NCBI GenBank assembly: GCA_002269645.1
Contig: NIVC01000691.1
Span: forward strand, 124,001 to 188,000
DNA: 64,000 bases
From: Macrostomum lignano
Lineage: Eukaryota
Reading direction: 5' to 3'
Every line of letters begins with the position of its first letter. Within the stretch, counting starts at the first letter, position 1. Positions 28,831 to 42,085 of the stretch are shown in pieces. The translations under genes and the position numbers were made by a program. The notes beneath the pieces are model-generated. The model saw nothing but the letters and a program-made list of their open reading frames with translations. It was not told the DNA's origin and did not search any database.

Positions 28831-29618
28831 ATGACTGCAGAAAATCTAATGCTCATAATTCAAATACTCGCTGCCTCATCGCCTGTGCTGCTCTTTGCCT
28901 GCGCCACCAGCATCAGCAGCGGCACGGGGTACTCGGCCATCGATGCCCTCCTGTGCGTTGCCAGCGAGTTCGTCCAGACGCGCCCGGAAGTCGAAGGCGC
29001 TCGGGCTGCGCGATGCTCTGCAGCCGCAACCCGCGCTGCCAGGCGTTCGGAGCTCCCGACGGCGGTTCCGCTGACTGCCGGCTGTTCGTGTTCGACGCCT
29101 GCAGCCGGTCGATGCGCTCGGACTGCGGCTGCTCGCAGCGCGGCCGGCTGTTCGTCAAGCAGCGGTCGGGTCTGGCGTCCGGCTCGCTGTGTCCGAGCGG
29201 CTTCGGACACGGCCGGTGCGGAGTGAAGTACATGGCGTACAACGGCTCCGGGAACTGGGAGCAGAGCCGACTGAGGTGCGAGTCCGAGCCCGGTCTCGTC
29301 GTCATGGCCGACGCTGCTGACCTCGCCGAGCTGAGCCACCTGGACCGGGTGCGCAACGAGTCGCTGTCGCCTCAGACCTCCGTGTGGCTCGGCGGTCTCC
29401 AGCAGCCCGGCAGTGCGGAGCCGTCAGGCGGATGGACGTGGGCGACCTGCGGCAGCCCGATTGACAGCAGCCTGTGGGCTATCGGTCAGCCAAATAATTT
29501 ACGAGAATACAATGTAGCGGTCATTGCCAAGAATTTGCCGGGACTTCTGGCTGACGCCCATTTTATGGCCACGGGCTCGACGTCCGTTCTGTGCGAGTGC
29601 GTGTCGCCTTTTGACTAA
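28831..29618 (+). pseudogene. PAN + C-type lectin copy 2 with a 1-nt deletion at ~29002 (pseudogene or assembly error)
   Basis: Near-identical to copy 1. gaaggcgctc-gggctgc vs gaaggcactctgggctgc shifts the frame. The signal peptide differs. Confidence 0.75.
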
Positions 29619-30836
29619 GCATCGGAATGAGATTGATGCTGCATTGCTTAAGCTGTACGGCTCGTATCCTGAACCTCTTTCTTTAATTTGTTAAGGAAAG
29701 ACTCAACGATTCTAAAATTAACAAATAAATCCTACTGTCTCGGAGGAGTCAGCCGCATCTCATAACTAATGCACTTGTGTGAGATTTTCTCGTCGAAGTT
29801 TCAGCGCCTTTCTAGCGCCCCTGCATCGACTGGCGCCTTTCTATTTTTTTCCAGCCTCTCGCCCCCATGTCTTGCCAATCGCCTAGCTAGACAGACAGGA
29901 GTTTAGTTTCAGTATATTGGATATTGAATGAATATCTGGTGTGCAAATTCAAGACGTCTTCGAGCTCCTGCATCGGCTTGTCTCTTAACTTGGGGTTTGA
30001 TTTTACTTGAGACCAATAGAATAGAAATTGGTAAAGTTGCGATACAATCAAAATCAATGAAAATTTTATTGCATTTGTGCAATATTTTGTAAAATATTTT
30101 GATTTTTAAATAGGCTGATCAAAGACAATAAACGTCATTTAGGAACAAGCAGACGGCGTCACACAAAAAACGTTCTAATGCAGCCGCACGGCACGTTGAG
30201 ACTCCTGGAGGTCTCAGGTCGTGACCTCAACGTCAACAACGCGAATAAAATAAATAAGCCTTTGCTTCCTCAAACTCTCGAATTGCTTGCTGATGTTGCG
30301 GGCCTGCCAGATCCAGGGAGGATCCGTGCTTGCTAAGTCAACCAGTTATTGACACTACAAAATTTGAAGGAAAATCAAACTTTTTGGACTTTCACGTTTA
30401 GCATCCTACTTCAAGTAAATGGATAGATTTAGGGTTTGCGCTGGTGGGTTTGCGTTAAAAGCAGCCACTCCTCTGGCACGGTCTTACAGACTTAAAAATC
30501 ATTTGCAGCACTTGAGAGACCGTGTGTTTTCTCAATTTTTGTCTTCCAGTTTTCTACACCTTGTCAACTGACACGACCATTTTAGCCTCGTCTAAGATGT
30601 CAATATTAACCCTTATCTTTCAGAGCAATCGATTCTGGAGTTTGCATTTTCCCACGTTGTGAGATCCTCACCTGCAAAGCAAATAATGGCCGCATCTCGG
30701 AAGCTACTGGCACATGTCACAAGGAGCTGCTTCTTCTGATTTTTTTGCCTAAAGATGTTTTTCCGATATTTAGCTCGTAAAAAGCAGCCCGAAGAAACGG
30801 TTTCATGGCAACTTGATATTTTTAGCTCTTGCCAAC

Positions 30837-32035
30837 ATGCTGGTTTTGTTGAGCACACTTGGCCAGTTATTTTGCCTCAGTGCCATCGCCTCGGCGACCC
30901 TCGTGGGGCTCACCGACTACGACAAACTGCCCGCCTGTCCACCTGACGATCTGCCTGCTGATGGAGTGCGGAAGCTGGAGCTTCATCAACTGCCTGAACG
31001 CAGCATCGCTGGCTGCGTGCTCAGCTGCCACACGACAGAGAGCTGTGCAGCTGCCAGCATGGTCGCTGAGCATCGCTGGTGTCTGCTGGCGACTGCCGAG
31101 GCCTTCCTCACTGCATGGCTGCACGGACACGGCCAGTGCGACTCGTTAGTGAAAGGTCGGAGGCTGGCAAAGTTCCAGCAGGGTGAGGAGTCATGAGTGA
31201 CTACAGCTGTGCCCATGCAGTGCGTGACTGCAGCTGTGCCCATGCAGTGCGTGACTGCAGCTGTGCCCATGCAGTGCGTGACTGCAGCTGTGCCCATGCA
31301 GTGTGTGACTCAGCTGTGCCCAGTTCACTCACTGGCGAGTTCATCCATGCATCGATGTGCTCATATCGTTACATCTTTATCGAATTGCAGCTCACACGAC
31401 CGACCTGCCCAGCAGCATCGCGGTGAGCTCGCTGCGGATTCTGTACCACTTCCGTGCGGGCTCGTTCAACCTGGCGCCTGTGCACCGGAATCCGCACACT
31501 CCGGTGCTCGTGTCGGCTGTGCTCAACCGGTCTGCGGGCGCGTTCGTGACGGGAGAGGCTGGCTCCTTCATCGACGTAAACATGGCCGACGGAATCGAGG
31601 ACCTGTTTGCGCCCGAGCCCAACGTGACCGTATTTATGAGGGCCAGACTTGATTTCAATGGATTGTAAGTCTTTTTAGATTAAGTAAACTTTCCCTTTAG
31701 ATAAGATGCATGTACAACTTGGACCTTTCAGGGACAGGTTCAACGCAATATACCGGCTCTATAGTAGACAGAAGCCCAAATTTTATGTTAAACTGTTTCT
31801 CAGAAATGACAGCCAACTGACGCAAGCATACGCGAAGCAAAGCGGAATAAATCAATTTACAAATTACCGGTACGTCACGGATCCCGGCAGTTACCCATCG
31901 AACTCTTCCGGATTGTTTCGCGCCTTCGGCTTCTCCCTGCAGCAGTCGTTGGATTGCTTCTTCTACGCTGACAACAAGCTGACCCGCGTCCCTAGTTTTA
32001 AAGATCCTGACTTCCGGTTTTACAGTCCTGCGTAG
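30837..32035 (+). CDS. Secreted PAN/apple-domain protein; exon 30837-31182, exon from 31391; 3' structure uncertain
   Basis: Signal peptide and PAN cysteines (GCVLSCHTTESCAAAS...WCLL). Phase-1 join CAG G|gtgagg...gcag|CT CAC. The downstream ORF 31706-32035 could not be spliced on cleanly. Confidence 0.55.
31195..31320. repeat. 27-bp intronic tandem repeat
   Basis: gtgactgcagctgtgcccatgcagtgc, about 4.5 copies. Confidence 0.9.
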
Positions 32036-34317
32036 GACCTCCAGAACCTCAGAATAGGCGGGATGAGCCCTACCGACAGGAATTTCTACATGAAAGGCTG
32101 GATCGAATGCTTTGCAATTGTCAAAGGAAATTTGAGTCTTGAGCAATTCAACGGACTGGCCTCCTGGTGTACAAATAAGTGACCAGAAGGACTAACAATG
32201 AACTCCTAAGCGCCGTGAAATGGCTGAAAGAATTGTAAAAAATATTTAATCTGAAACAAGGACAACTAAAGGAACGCGCGTATATACAGGATGCGACACT
32301 CGAAACCTATTGCAAATGTTTTGAAGGCCACTTTTCGCTGAAAATACATTACGGAGATAGGAAGTTTTTACTTTTTTTTCAGCACAAAAACTGCTATTGC
32401 TTTCGATTGGAGGCAGATCCAGTGTTCATCTTTTGATAGGTTGTGCCTTTCTTATTGCTTTATTGATTATTGATATTCACAAAGCTTTTCGTTCAGAAAA
32501 TTAGGATTCTATGTTTACTTTTCATTCTACTTCTTATTTGACGCCCCCCATTTGGCCACTTGTGTGGTCGGCGCGGGGCGTGATATTATTATTTTTGAGC
32601 AATCTCAAGTGTTAATGCGAGCACTTGGCTTTTAAAATTTGTCGCTTTTTGCAACTTATAATTTATCTCCACTAGAAATTACTTGACCGAAGAGTTCAAC
32701 TTATTTTGAATTTCGAGCGATTCTCTTTATTTAGTGTTAAACCCACCTCCAGGGCGAAAGAAAATAGGATGGACGTGCGCGAGTTAAGGCCATTGTTCAC
32801 AATTTCACTTCACGTTAATGACCTCCAGTTAATGACCTCCTGGCGTTCTAGGAGACCAGTGACGCTGTTCTGTGGCCGACTTGCAGGCGGTGGGTCTCAG
32901 CCCTCAGACCGCAGCTGCCTGCCTTCACGCCTGTTTCGCGAAGCACGTGTTCGCAAAATCCCTCTAGTTTTTGTGTTTCTCTATCTGTCTATCTATCTCT
33001 AGGTTCAGTGAGATGATTATCCATAGCCTCAGGATTAGTAGGAAAAGGGTGCGGTCTGGCGCACGTCACTGCTTGGCCGGCTGTCAACGGGTCAGGAGTT
33101 TGGAAGTCCTTTGGGTGATTGCCCATGACTTTGGAATGAGTACCTATGTCACTTAGGGATGAGCATCCATGACTCAGGTGTGAGTATCCATGATTCAGGT
33201 ATGAGTGTCTATAAGATAAGTGTCCAGAGCTAGTGTCCATAGTTGAGGAGGAGCGGGTTTAGTTTTAGATGGGGTTTTAGTTGCTTTGGCTCCAGCTAGC
33301 GATTCGATAGGTTGAGAAGGCATGGCGGAGTTTCTGGGGAAGTATCAGATAATGTTTTTGGAATTTCCAGTCAGAGGGCTTCTGTTGAGAACTAAGGATT
33401 CTATTAGTCGAGACGCCCTGGTAGTCAGGGGGGGGGGATACTTCACACAGAGTCCTTTAGATCGGCCATGGCCAGACTACATGTGCCCTTGAATCTTTGC
33501 TCGCAGCAGGCTGGGAAACCCCCCTCTCATTACCTTTAGTGCGCACCTTCAAACACACTGGAGCCGCTGGTTCAGCATGCGAGAAGTTGGTCACTCCGTC
33601 ACAGCACAAGCTGCCCAACATCAGCTGAGGTGAAATGGTCCAAGTGAGCGAGGTACATATCGGCGCCAGAATAGAGAGCTCGGGGTTACAGAAAATGATA
33701 GAATAGTGAAAGAACTCCAATTAATTCATAGAAAAAAGATACTTTTCGTCACAAAATAACAGCGAGTGGTTTTTCTGATGTAATTGGTTTGCATTAAAAA
33801 AAAATTTAAACACTTCAAACAGCACCAGCTGTGTAAATTACCAAAATAAAACACGGAACTAAAAAGTGTCTCAACTTGTAAGTAAATACTGCTTGATCCA
33901 GTCAAGTCTTAAAAACTGGGACAATTTTTTAATAAAAAGTTAAACCGAAAGCAACCGAAATTTTTATTAGATATTCGATTACTTAAGTAGCACAGTAGCA
34001 AGATTACTAAAAGTTTTTGGATGAACAAATTTTCATTTAAATACATCTAAAAGTTAATTTTGTAAAGGAAAATCTTGAAAATATGTTTTGGAATGATTTG
34101 TAGGTTTTTTGCAGAAAATGTCATTGGCTACAGAAAACAAAGTAGAAAAAAATTAACAAACATCCCCTGCATGCTGATGGCTAAAAATAAATATCTTGCT
34201 GCGCTGTCACCAGAAGAAAACATCTGAATTAATGATGTATCGCACAGAGAAAAACATCTAAGTTACGGGGCTATGTGGGCTATGAAGATTTTTAAAAAAT
34301 AAAACGTGTAAGCGACG

Positions 34318-34700
34318 GGGCATTCACAAAAAACATGTAAGCAGCGGGCCATTCACAAAAAAACATGTAAGCAGCGGGCCATTCACAAAAAAACATGTAA
34401 GCAGCGGGCCATTCACAAAAAGCATGTAAGTAGCGGGCCATTCACAAAAAAACATGTAAGCAGCGGGCCATTCACAAAAAAACATGTAAGCAGCGGGCCA
34501 TTCACAAAAAAACATGTAAGCAGCGGGCCATTCACAAAAAAACATGTAAGTAGCGGGCCATTCAAAAAAACACAAGCAACAAGGAGTTCACAATAGACAT
34601 GTAACCATGTAACCAAACAGGTGACAGTGGAGCATTCACAAAAAAGAGATGTAAGCAGTTGACATTTAAAAAAGCATGTGTGCACGGGGCATTCACGAAA
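34318..34700. repeat. 30-bp tandem repeat (cattcacaaaaaaacatgtaagcagcgggc), degenerating 3'
   Basis: Read directly. Confidence 0.92.
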
Positions 34701-36496
34701 CAAAACGGACAGTCTACGGAGAATTCACTAAAATATTGAAGCTACAGAGCATTCATAAACAAATAAAGTCGAGCAAAAAGGTGCAGAAAATAACTTTAAG
34801 GCATAAAAATATGTCAGATACAGAAAACTATCACTGCCATTAATATACACGAGTAAACGATAAGGGCAACAAAAACTAAATAAAAGAAGCATGGGAGGGG
34901 AAAAAGGAAGCACACTGTGCTCTCTGATTCTTGAAAAGCAATTCCAGCTTTGCTTAATAGTAAGTATCCAACACTGACCCAAAATCAAAGCTTTCGCTGG
35001 TCATTGAGTTTCCAGAAGAGGATCAGTCATATAGGTCAGGACTTAAAAGAGCTCAGAACGTACAAATGTAATTAGCGAGTCAGGAGAGTTTTAGGTAATC
35101 ACTTGATATAGGATTTTCTGTCTCTTTTAATAATATTCCTTCAATACGGATTTCAAACTTAAGCTAATGGTGCACTAAGGATGCCATGGTAAGAAAGCAA
35201 CAAAGTTTTTCACGTGAACTTATAACCTTGCCATCTGATTTCGATATTTCGGTGGCTTGAGCTATCCATGGGTAAAATTTCTATGACGATGCTTAAAAAG
35301 TCTAAAAACATTCTGATATCTGAAGCAGTAGTAGGTCAAAGCTCTCTTTTGCTTCTTAAAACAGCGACATACGCGTCTGTGAAACACAACATAAGGGCAC
35401 TTGTCGTCAGAACAATAACCTAAGGCGAGCAAATTGTCATAAATGACACAGCATCAACAGGTGACTGGGTGCTCTAGGAGGGGGCTACGAATCGACAAGG
35501 TGCATGTGCCCGGAATTCTGAGCAGTTTTTGACATTAAAAATGATAATTATGAATAAATCTGGATTGCTGCGCCACGATCACAGCCTCTTGATGGCTACG
35601 CCATTATTGCAGGCTTCAGAGTGGTTGCACTTCGAGACCGGCTACGACCGCGTGTCTGTGCACGACTTTCACAGCCAACTGTCAACTGCAACGTGAAATT
35701 CGATTCTCCAAGATTCAGAGGCTCATTTTAGTTGTCAATTTAACCAATTTCGTTACAGTAAAAATAAAAATCAAATGGCAAGGTTATGAGTTAAAAAGGA
35801 AAACAGTTCTTGATAAAAAATCCTAAAAAGGCATGTTTCGTCTCACATAAATTATGGATATAAAACATTTTCAGGGATAATACTCTACATCACCGAATAA
35901 AATCCCGATGTAGATGTTTTGTTTTTACAAAATTTGTTCGTGAAATAACGGAAAGTGTCTATAAATTTTCGAATAGCTTTCTGATTGGTAGCAGTTATAC
36001 TTTCTGTAACTTTATATCACCAGCAGAGTATTATAGCCATTTCTAAAATAGTCAATGCAGCCTATTGTAAAAAAACAGCTGAGGTTCTGAGGGCTCACAC
36101 GAAAATTTGGCAGAAGATCGCAGATTTGCTCATAAAGCGATCGATGTTCGTTTGATTAATTAGAAATTGCTGTAGAGATAATGACGGCCATCAGAAAACA
36201 CGAGCTGCTCATTTGCATGCTGAGTCCGAAAGTCTGGAAATTGGCAAAAAAAATACAATTTAATTCCATTTGAAAGCTGAAACAGACTGATGAAATCTGC
36301 GCTGCAATACGGCCCAAATTTCTCGTAAAAACCCTAAAATAACATTTGCTTCGACTGCGCGTAAGCTATTTGCTCCGCAAGAGTTTTGAGTGTGTGCCAT
36401 TCCTAAATGACGCAAGTGTATAAACAAGGACTAATAGACTTGTGAAGTGTTCCTAGTGGTCCTTGTGTATAAATTTGACAACCTTGACAATTTTCC

Positions 36497-39400
36497 TCAC
36501 CGCTGCATCTGCTGCTGCATCTGCTTCAACATGTTCGTCATCTCGGACAATTGCTTCTTCGTTTTCCTTCTGTGCTTTCGCTGCCGTTGCCGAATTTCTT
36601 CAGTTTTTTCATTCAATTGAGTTTCAATTGAGTCTTTCAAGTGTGCCTCAATTCTTGCATTATCCTCTCTCTGAGCAGCTAGCACGTCCTGAGCCTGGTT
36701 CTCCACGTGTGCCTTGAGCACATCGGTGTCGCCCTTGTGCCTCTCCACAGGCCGCTGCAGCCGGGGCCGGTGCTCCCGCAGCCGTTTGGCCTGGTAAATC
36801 AGGAAACGCTTGTAGCCTTCTGGGTAGCCGCTGAAGTCTTTTTTGTTCTGCCACCACGGCTGGAGAGTCAAAAGTTTAGTGCACTTAGGTTTTTGTTTTA
36901 ACCAAAATTTCGTAAATGCATTCAGTCACCGAAACATACGCTTTATCATAGCCAAAGAAGACCTAGACGGGCCACTCAGTCAGCCAAAGGTACACTTTTG
37001 ATGTAAGCAGTACGATGTACGTTGTGAATATCGTGAATTTTTTATTCTAACTATAATGCCAAATCACATAAAGATTTAAGTAAGACTTTAATTTCATCGA
37101 CGATAAACCTAGCTGCTTCAAGCGTAATCAATCTTTTTAATAAATTGAGTTCCACAAAGTATAAGAAAATACGAAGAGCTTTTCCTATCCGAAATAAAGA
37201 AAAGTAACTTACTCTGCTTCTGTACACGAGAAAAGTCTGACTTGACAATATTGGCTAAGCTGTGGCCTTACCTCAGAACCGTCAGGTCCCACTCTGCCGG
37301 AGCGCCGCTCGCACCGACACCTCCGCAGCAGTTTCCAGGCGTAGTGCGGGAACGACAGCGGCGGCGGAACTGGACTGACCTCCGCGAACTCCCGCAGCAG
37401 CTCGAACAGATTCTTGCGCCACAGAACCTCCGCTCTGCTCGCCAACTTCGTCACAGTGCGGCTGAACAGCGCGATCAGCAGGTTCCACATCACGATGTTC
37501 ACCAGAAGGAGGTACACGAACATCAGAATTCCATCGTAAGCCCTTTTTCCTTCTTCATCCGCACAGGGCTTCTCATTTGGAAGGAAGTTCTTCCCAGTTG
37601 CGAGCGTGCCAGGATTGCAGGACTCGAAAATCACGCTTTCGAAGATCCCAAACGCCAGTGACACGGGTACGGTGAACACCTTTGTCAGAGCCTGAGCATC
37701 TCTTGAGTCTGAGAAAGCCGGAAACAGCAGGTTGAAGAAAAAGATACCAAATGAGTACACCAGCACCAGCAAGATCAATATGAATGGCAGCAGGTCTTTG
37801 AACAGCAAGCTTTTGAGCATATTGATCTTCGGCCCGGTGACTTTGAAGTAGCTGAGCAGGGCCACAGAGCGGAATCCCAGTAGCAGAAATGAGGCGCTGA
37901 GCACAACCTGACTGCTGCGTAGGAGGATGGGGCCGGTGAGCTCGCCGCGCAGCTTCAGGACCAGACCTGCCCACATCAGCAGCAGCCCAGCCATGTCAAA
38001 GTAGTTGAACAGGTCCGTGAAGTAGCCTGGAACCTTTAGATGGCGGCCAAAAATTGTCACGTCCTTCAGAGACATATTGTTTAGAAAATCATTGATTTCC
38101 TGCAGAGTGAAGGACAGTGCGTACGACAGCAGGATGATGTCTGGAACTGGAGACTGCTTGGTCCGACTGAAGTCCGTCACGTACCAGGCAAAGTAGAGCA
38201 GGAAGAGCAGGAAAGAGACGGCATGTATTACATATCTCTGCTGAATTGTTGCACCTTCAGGCCGCTTGCCGGTGCAGCAGTGCGGAGAGCTGCTCCAGGG
38301 CAACGGTGGAGGCTTTTTCCACTGCTGATCTACCAAATTGCTGATGCAGTCAGTCGCGAACAAGTCGTCACAGTCCAGAGTCTCCACAAGATGCATGACT
38401 GACACAAACTCTTTATCAACTTCATTTGAAGGCTTCTTCGCAGGTCGAGAAACGGATTCAATTGGTGGCAGAAACCTCGGCCCAGCAGCAGACTGTTTAC
38501 CTGAAGTACAAAACGAGCCAGTCAGGTAGTTGAAGAGATTTTTCCGATCATCTTCATCGCCATCAACATAGAGATGGTCCAGGATGTTGACGACAACATT
38601 CAACGCTCGAAATTGCACCTTCTGCATAGTTTCGCTTTTACTTGACCTGAAGTTCAGCTTTAAATAAATAAGCAACCTCAGGGTCTGAGGGATGATGTCG
38701 AATTGAGGCAGCAGCATGAGGTCGGTTAAAAGCTTTGGTTTCTCGAGCAGTATAGCATATTCCATAAGCACTAGGGTTTTTGAATTTCTGTCTCGCTCTG
38801 AGAAAAACTGCTGCAGAGTCGCTATTATGGGAGACTTTGAACCTTGCTGGTTTTTACGAATCTGGGTTAAAATATGAAGAGAAAACTGCTCATCAATCTC
38901 ATCGATGGCAAAGCCCAAACTGATCAAGCTGCGCAGCATTTCCGTTGAATCCAGCTCGAAGGCTCTGAACAGCATCTGAACTTCTGCAGATTCTTCAGAC
39001 TTTGGCATCATGCCAGCTTCTTGTCCTTTTTTCATGTCATCTTCAATGCTAGCCTTGAGCGAGGAGTCGTTGAACTGAGTCAAGTAATTCCGTGCACTCT
39101 GTTTGTCAGGAAGTTTGAGTGCCCTCTTTGCAACATCCACTAACTTAAGCAGTTCTCTAAGGGTAAATAGCTTCTTTTGAGGAGCTTCATTGATGTCATC
39201 TGCTAGCTCAATAAGAACTTCGAGCATCTCCTTGTTGCAGGCAAAATCTACGCACGTCTGTCCAGCTGCCGTCTCATCCTCCAGTTTCGCATCCTGCTGT
39301 AGAAGATATTTGATATTTTCTTTTTTGCCACATTCGCAGGCAAAGTGCAAACATTTCGCCTCTTTAAATGGACCGGTGGCGACTCGAACATCTAAAAGTT

Positions 39401-40946
39401 TTTCAAGACTGAGACCACAAAGCCTGCTTAACTCGTCTGCAATCATCGGAAGCTCGTACTTTGTGCAAAAAACGTGAGCCACGTGCAGACCTTCCGAGTT
39501 TCTTTGGAGGCTTTTAAAAACCTTTGCAAGAGAAGACGTCATAAGAGCGTCCAAAGCTTCTTTCAAGTTTATTTCACTGGCCACTGAAGCAAAAAGACAA
39601 TTATGCTTCTGCTTGTTTTCAGCTGCAGGATCAACGCCATTATCAACAAGGCATTGTATGCGATCGATGAGTAGCTGTAATCCATCTGAATCACAGAACG
39701 GGTTCAGATTTATGAACACTGCGTGCAACATACTATTGCCTTCAGAGTCCGTTTTAAAAAAATCAAACAAAACGTGTCGATCCTTATTTTGGACTCGATC
39801 CAATTCCAATAGCCATCGAAAAACATCTGGATGAGTACAATTGACAGCAGAAAGATAAAATTGGGTTTGCTGCAGATGATTATCAATAGTCAGACATTTT
39901 GTCAACTCAAATTTCTCGATTGGGGAACTCAGTGTTGTTGTATTTTGATGGCGAAAAGCGATATGCAAAGCATTATTTCCATCAATATCACGATTAAAGA
40001 ACTGCTGCTTGTCCTCGACAATGTCAATGAGCCACAGAAACACTGCCGGGTTTGCCGTGTTAAAAGCTGCTCTGTGCAAGACACTTTGATTTTTAGCAGT
40101 TTTTGCAGCCAGGCACTGCTTCAGACCGAGCTTCTCAGTCACTTGTTGTAGTGTGTCTAAATCTAGAAAAGAAAATGCATCGCTAACAGCGCTGTATCCG
40201 AAATCGTCCAGAACAAAGAACTGCTGCTTGTCCTCGACAATGGAACTGAGCCACAGAAACACTGCCGGATTTGCCGTGTTAAAAGCTGCCCTGTGCAAGG
40301 CGCTTTCGTTTTTAGCTGTTTTAGCAGCCAGGCACTGCTGAAGACCGAGCTTTTTGGTCACTTCTTTTAAAGTGGCTAAATCTAGAATAGAAAATGCAAT
40401 GCTAACAGCGCTGTAGCCGTAATTGTCCAGAGCAAAGAACTGCTGCTTGTCCTCAACAATGGCAATCAGCCACAGAAACACTGACGGTTTCGCCGTGTTG
40501 AAAGCTGCCCTGTGCAAGACACTTTGTTTTTTAGCAGTTTTTGCAGCCAAGCACTGCTGCAGACCAAGCTTCTCAGTCACTTGTTGTAGTGTGTCTAAAT
40601 CTAACTTCAAAAACGCAGCGCTAACAGCGCTGTACCCATAATCGTTCAAAAAAAAGAACTGCTGCTTGTCCTCAACAATGGAAAGGAGCCACAAAAGCAC
40701 TGCCGGATTCGCAGCATTTAAAGCTGCTCTGTACAAGACAGTTTCATTTTTTGCAGTTTTTGCTGCCAGACACTGTTGCAGACCAAGCTTGTCAGTCACT
40801 TCTTTTAATGTGATCAAATCCAGCTTCTCAAATGCAATGCTAACAGCACTGAAGCCGCCATAGTCCTGAGCAAAGAACTGCTGCTTGTCCTCGACAATGG
40901 ATATGAGCCACAGAAACACTTCTGGACTAGCCTTCCGGAAAGCTGC
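36497..40946 (-). pseudogene. Ankyrin-repeat TRP cation channel, 3' part (exon 40946-37272, last exon 36859-36497), disrupted by the LTR insertion
   Basis: 73-aa repeats plus ankyrins, six TM helices, S4-S5 GPKINML...KDLLPF, S6 NIVMWNLLIALFS, TRP helix W...PVPPPL, and a coiled-coil last exon joined by GAG|gtaagg...ccag|CCG. Confidence 0.9.
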
Positions 40947-41749
40947 TGTGACGTTGTCAGTTTAAGGTGGTCCCGGAAAGGGCCGTTGGACTGCTGTTTT
41001 CCATAGTCATTCAACCCTTCAGTTTCACCGCTTCGACTAAACTTTTCCATTCGTTTATTGCGACGTTTACTTGTAGTAATGCCCAACGATTTTGTGGCAA
41101 TTTCTAACTCACTGTATATTTTTGCTATCCTCTCTTGCGACCGTATAAAATTGGCACGATCGATAATTTTAAGTTCTCTCGCCAGCCAATGAAAACCACT
41201 CGTGCTTCGCGCTACCCCCCTCTGCGCTCCTTTATTAAACCCCCGCCTGGCGGCGGGCACTCCTCACTCCTGTCCTTATCGGTGCTTCTCTCTTCCTCCC
41301 GGCCTGTCCTTGGCCTTGTGTGTGTCTTTACGGCCTTGTTTTCCTTCTCTCTGTCTGGCTGCCTCGAGCCTCCTTGCCTCACGCCACGACTGACGCCAAC
41401 TTCGCCACTGCTCATCTGCCTACTACGTTTCACTGCCTTCACTGTGCTCATAGCCACTGCTCACGTCATGTCGCCATTACATCACTCGTCTGTCGCTTGA
41501 ACACTCATCCGATTTATCTTGAAAGAAACCATTGTTGCAGCCGCCAGTGCCCAGAAAACCATAGTTTGTTATTTGCCAGTAACAACCAAACTTACTATTT
41601 ATACTGATAATAAAAACGACTACGGCAGTTTCCTGCCCTTATTGCCAAGTGCTCCGCTACACCATCCACTTCGCCTAAGTTGACTTCAACTTATTTTGGG
41701 ACTAAAACGGCCCTTTTAAGGGTCACGGCCAACGTCAAATAACGTGACA
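40947..41749 (+). repeat. 5' LTR (803 bp)
   Basis: TGTGACGTT...AACGTGACA. By eye identical to the 3' LTR except for one C in a homopolymer. Confidence 0.97.
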
Positions 41750-41755
41750 TAATTT

Positions 41756-41772
41756 TGGAGGTCCCACCGAGA
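41756..41772 (+). promoter_or_regulatory. Primer binding site, tRNA-Gln
   Basis: TGGAGGTCCCACCGAGA is complementary to the 3' end of eukaryotic tRNA-Gln (...TCTCGGTGGGACCT-CCA). It lies 6 nt after the LTR. Confidence 0.85.
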
Positions 41773-41774
41773 CT

Positions 41775-42085
41775 CCTGCTCAGCACTGCCGGCTCGCAAC
41801 TAAATCAGTGCCATCAAGACTTCTGTTCAGCGCTGCCAACTCGTAATCAGCACCACCGAGACTTCTGCTCAGCCCTGCCAGCTCGCAACCAAGCGTCAGC
41901 AAGATTCTGCTCAGCTCTGCCGGCTCGTGACTGAGTGCCGGCCTGCCACGTTTCTGCCTGACGGTCCGCAAGGCTGCGAGAGCCTGTGCCACGCCTGAGG
42001 TTCGGTCCGCAAGGCTACGAGAGCCTGTGCCACGCCTGAGGTTCGGTCCGCAAGGCTGCGAGAGCCTGTGCCACGTCAGGCCCAG
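41775..42085 (+). repeat. Tandem repeats in the Gypsy 5' leader (degenerate ~45-50-bp units, then a 41-bp unit x2.5)
   Basis: ctgctcagc..tgcc.gctcg units; gagcctgtgccacgcctgaggttcggtccgcaaggct repeated. Confidence 0.75.

Noticed and set aside
27481-29576. Diversity-generating-retroelement-like VR/TR pair in a C-type lectin fold
   Set aside because: The substitutions are not adenine-specific (many C/T, T/G and G/C changes), both copies are whole genes, and no DGR-type RT is present.
40814-41607. ORFs within the LTRs (also 55466-56209)
   Set aside because: No recognisable domains; they are duplicated only because the LTR is duplicated.
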